From the IMG/VR virus record IMGVR_UViG_3300037119_007256: a stretch of DNA of 64,000 nt; one strand, given 5' to 3'. The notes under the pieces are model-generated. The model was not told where the DNA came from. It did not search any database and saw only the letters and a list, made by a program, of their open reading frames with translations. Each line of letters starts with the position of its first letter. Position 1 is the first letter of the stretch. Shown here piece after piece: positions 64,000-64,000 of this stretch. The DNA is from an uncultured virus (IMG/VR IMGVR_UViG_3300037119_007256) (taxonomy: Duplodnaviria > Heunggongvirae > Uroviricota > Caudoviricetes). The translations under genes were made by a program, and so were the position numbers.

Positions 64000-64000
64000 T

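Noticed and set aside
1..64000. tRNA/rRNA genes, major capsid protein, prohead protease, alternative genetic code
   Set aside because: None recognised by eye. Capsid and protease probably lie beyond 64000, and genes tile well with the standard code. A tRNAscan/Infernal run would be needed to exclude small RNAs.

Overview
This is a high-GC fragment of a tailed dsDNA bacteriophage (Caudoviricetes-like). I found no host housekeeping genes, rRNA, tRNA, CRISPR array or integrase. It has three blocks. (1) 1-8077 (+) is the end of a tail module (tape-measure-like C-terminus, tail and fibre proteins) closed by a GT4 glycosyltransferase. (2) 8074-34786 (-) is the early/replication arm. It holds an ECF sigma factor, a RecU-like resolvase, a pyrimidine-modification cluster (ThyA-fold enzyme with Asp at the base-specificity position, dCMP deaminase, NMP-kinase/UDG-fold fusion, all-alpha dNTPase), DUF932, a PD-(D/E)xK exonuclease, a C5 methyltransferase, DnaE, a TOPRIM primase-MCM helicase fusion, DUF669, a Sak4-like ATPase, an SNF2 helicase and an aGPT-Pplase1/5-hmdU-DNA-kinase-like gene, with a recurring promoter motif. 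(3) 35303-64000 (+) is the packaging/virion arm: TerS, TerL with a class-3 LAGLIDADG intein, fibres/tailspike, a DUF935 portal, candidate lysis genes, an Acb2/Tad1-like protein, an array of micro-ORFs sharing a 5' repeat, and then a set of predicted enzyme effectors. The effectors are a RelA/SpoT-like synthetase, three GNAT-like domains, and a >2880-aa ORF missing from the ORF track (Nudix + repeats + HTH + PI3K/HipA-like kinase). Each of the five effector modules is preceded by the same W..F / PRD..G[RK][FW] leader. The best candidates for an undescribed system are this leader-tagged, probably capsid-packaged and processed effector arsenal, the repeat-headed micro-gene cassette array, and the atypical pyrimidine hypermodification pathway. 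All functional calls come from reading motifs by eye; no database search was run.
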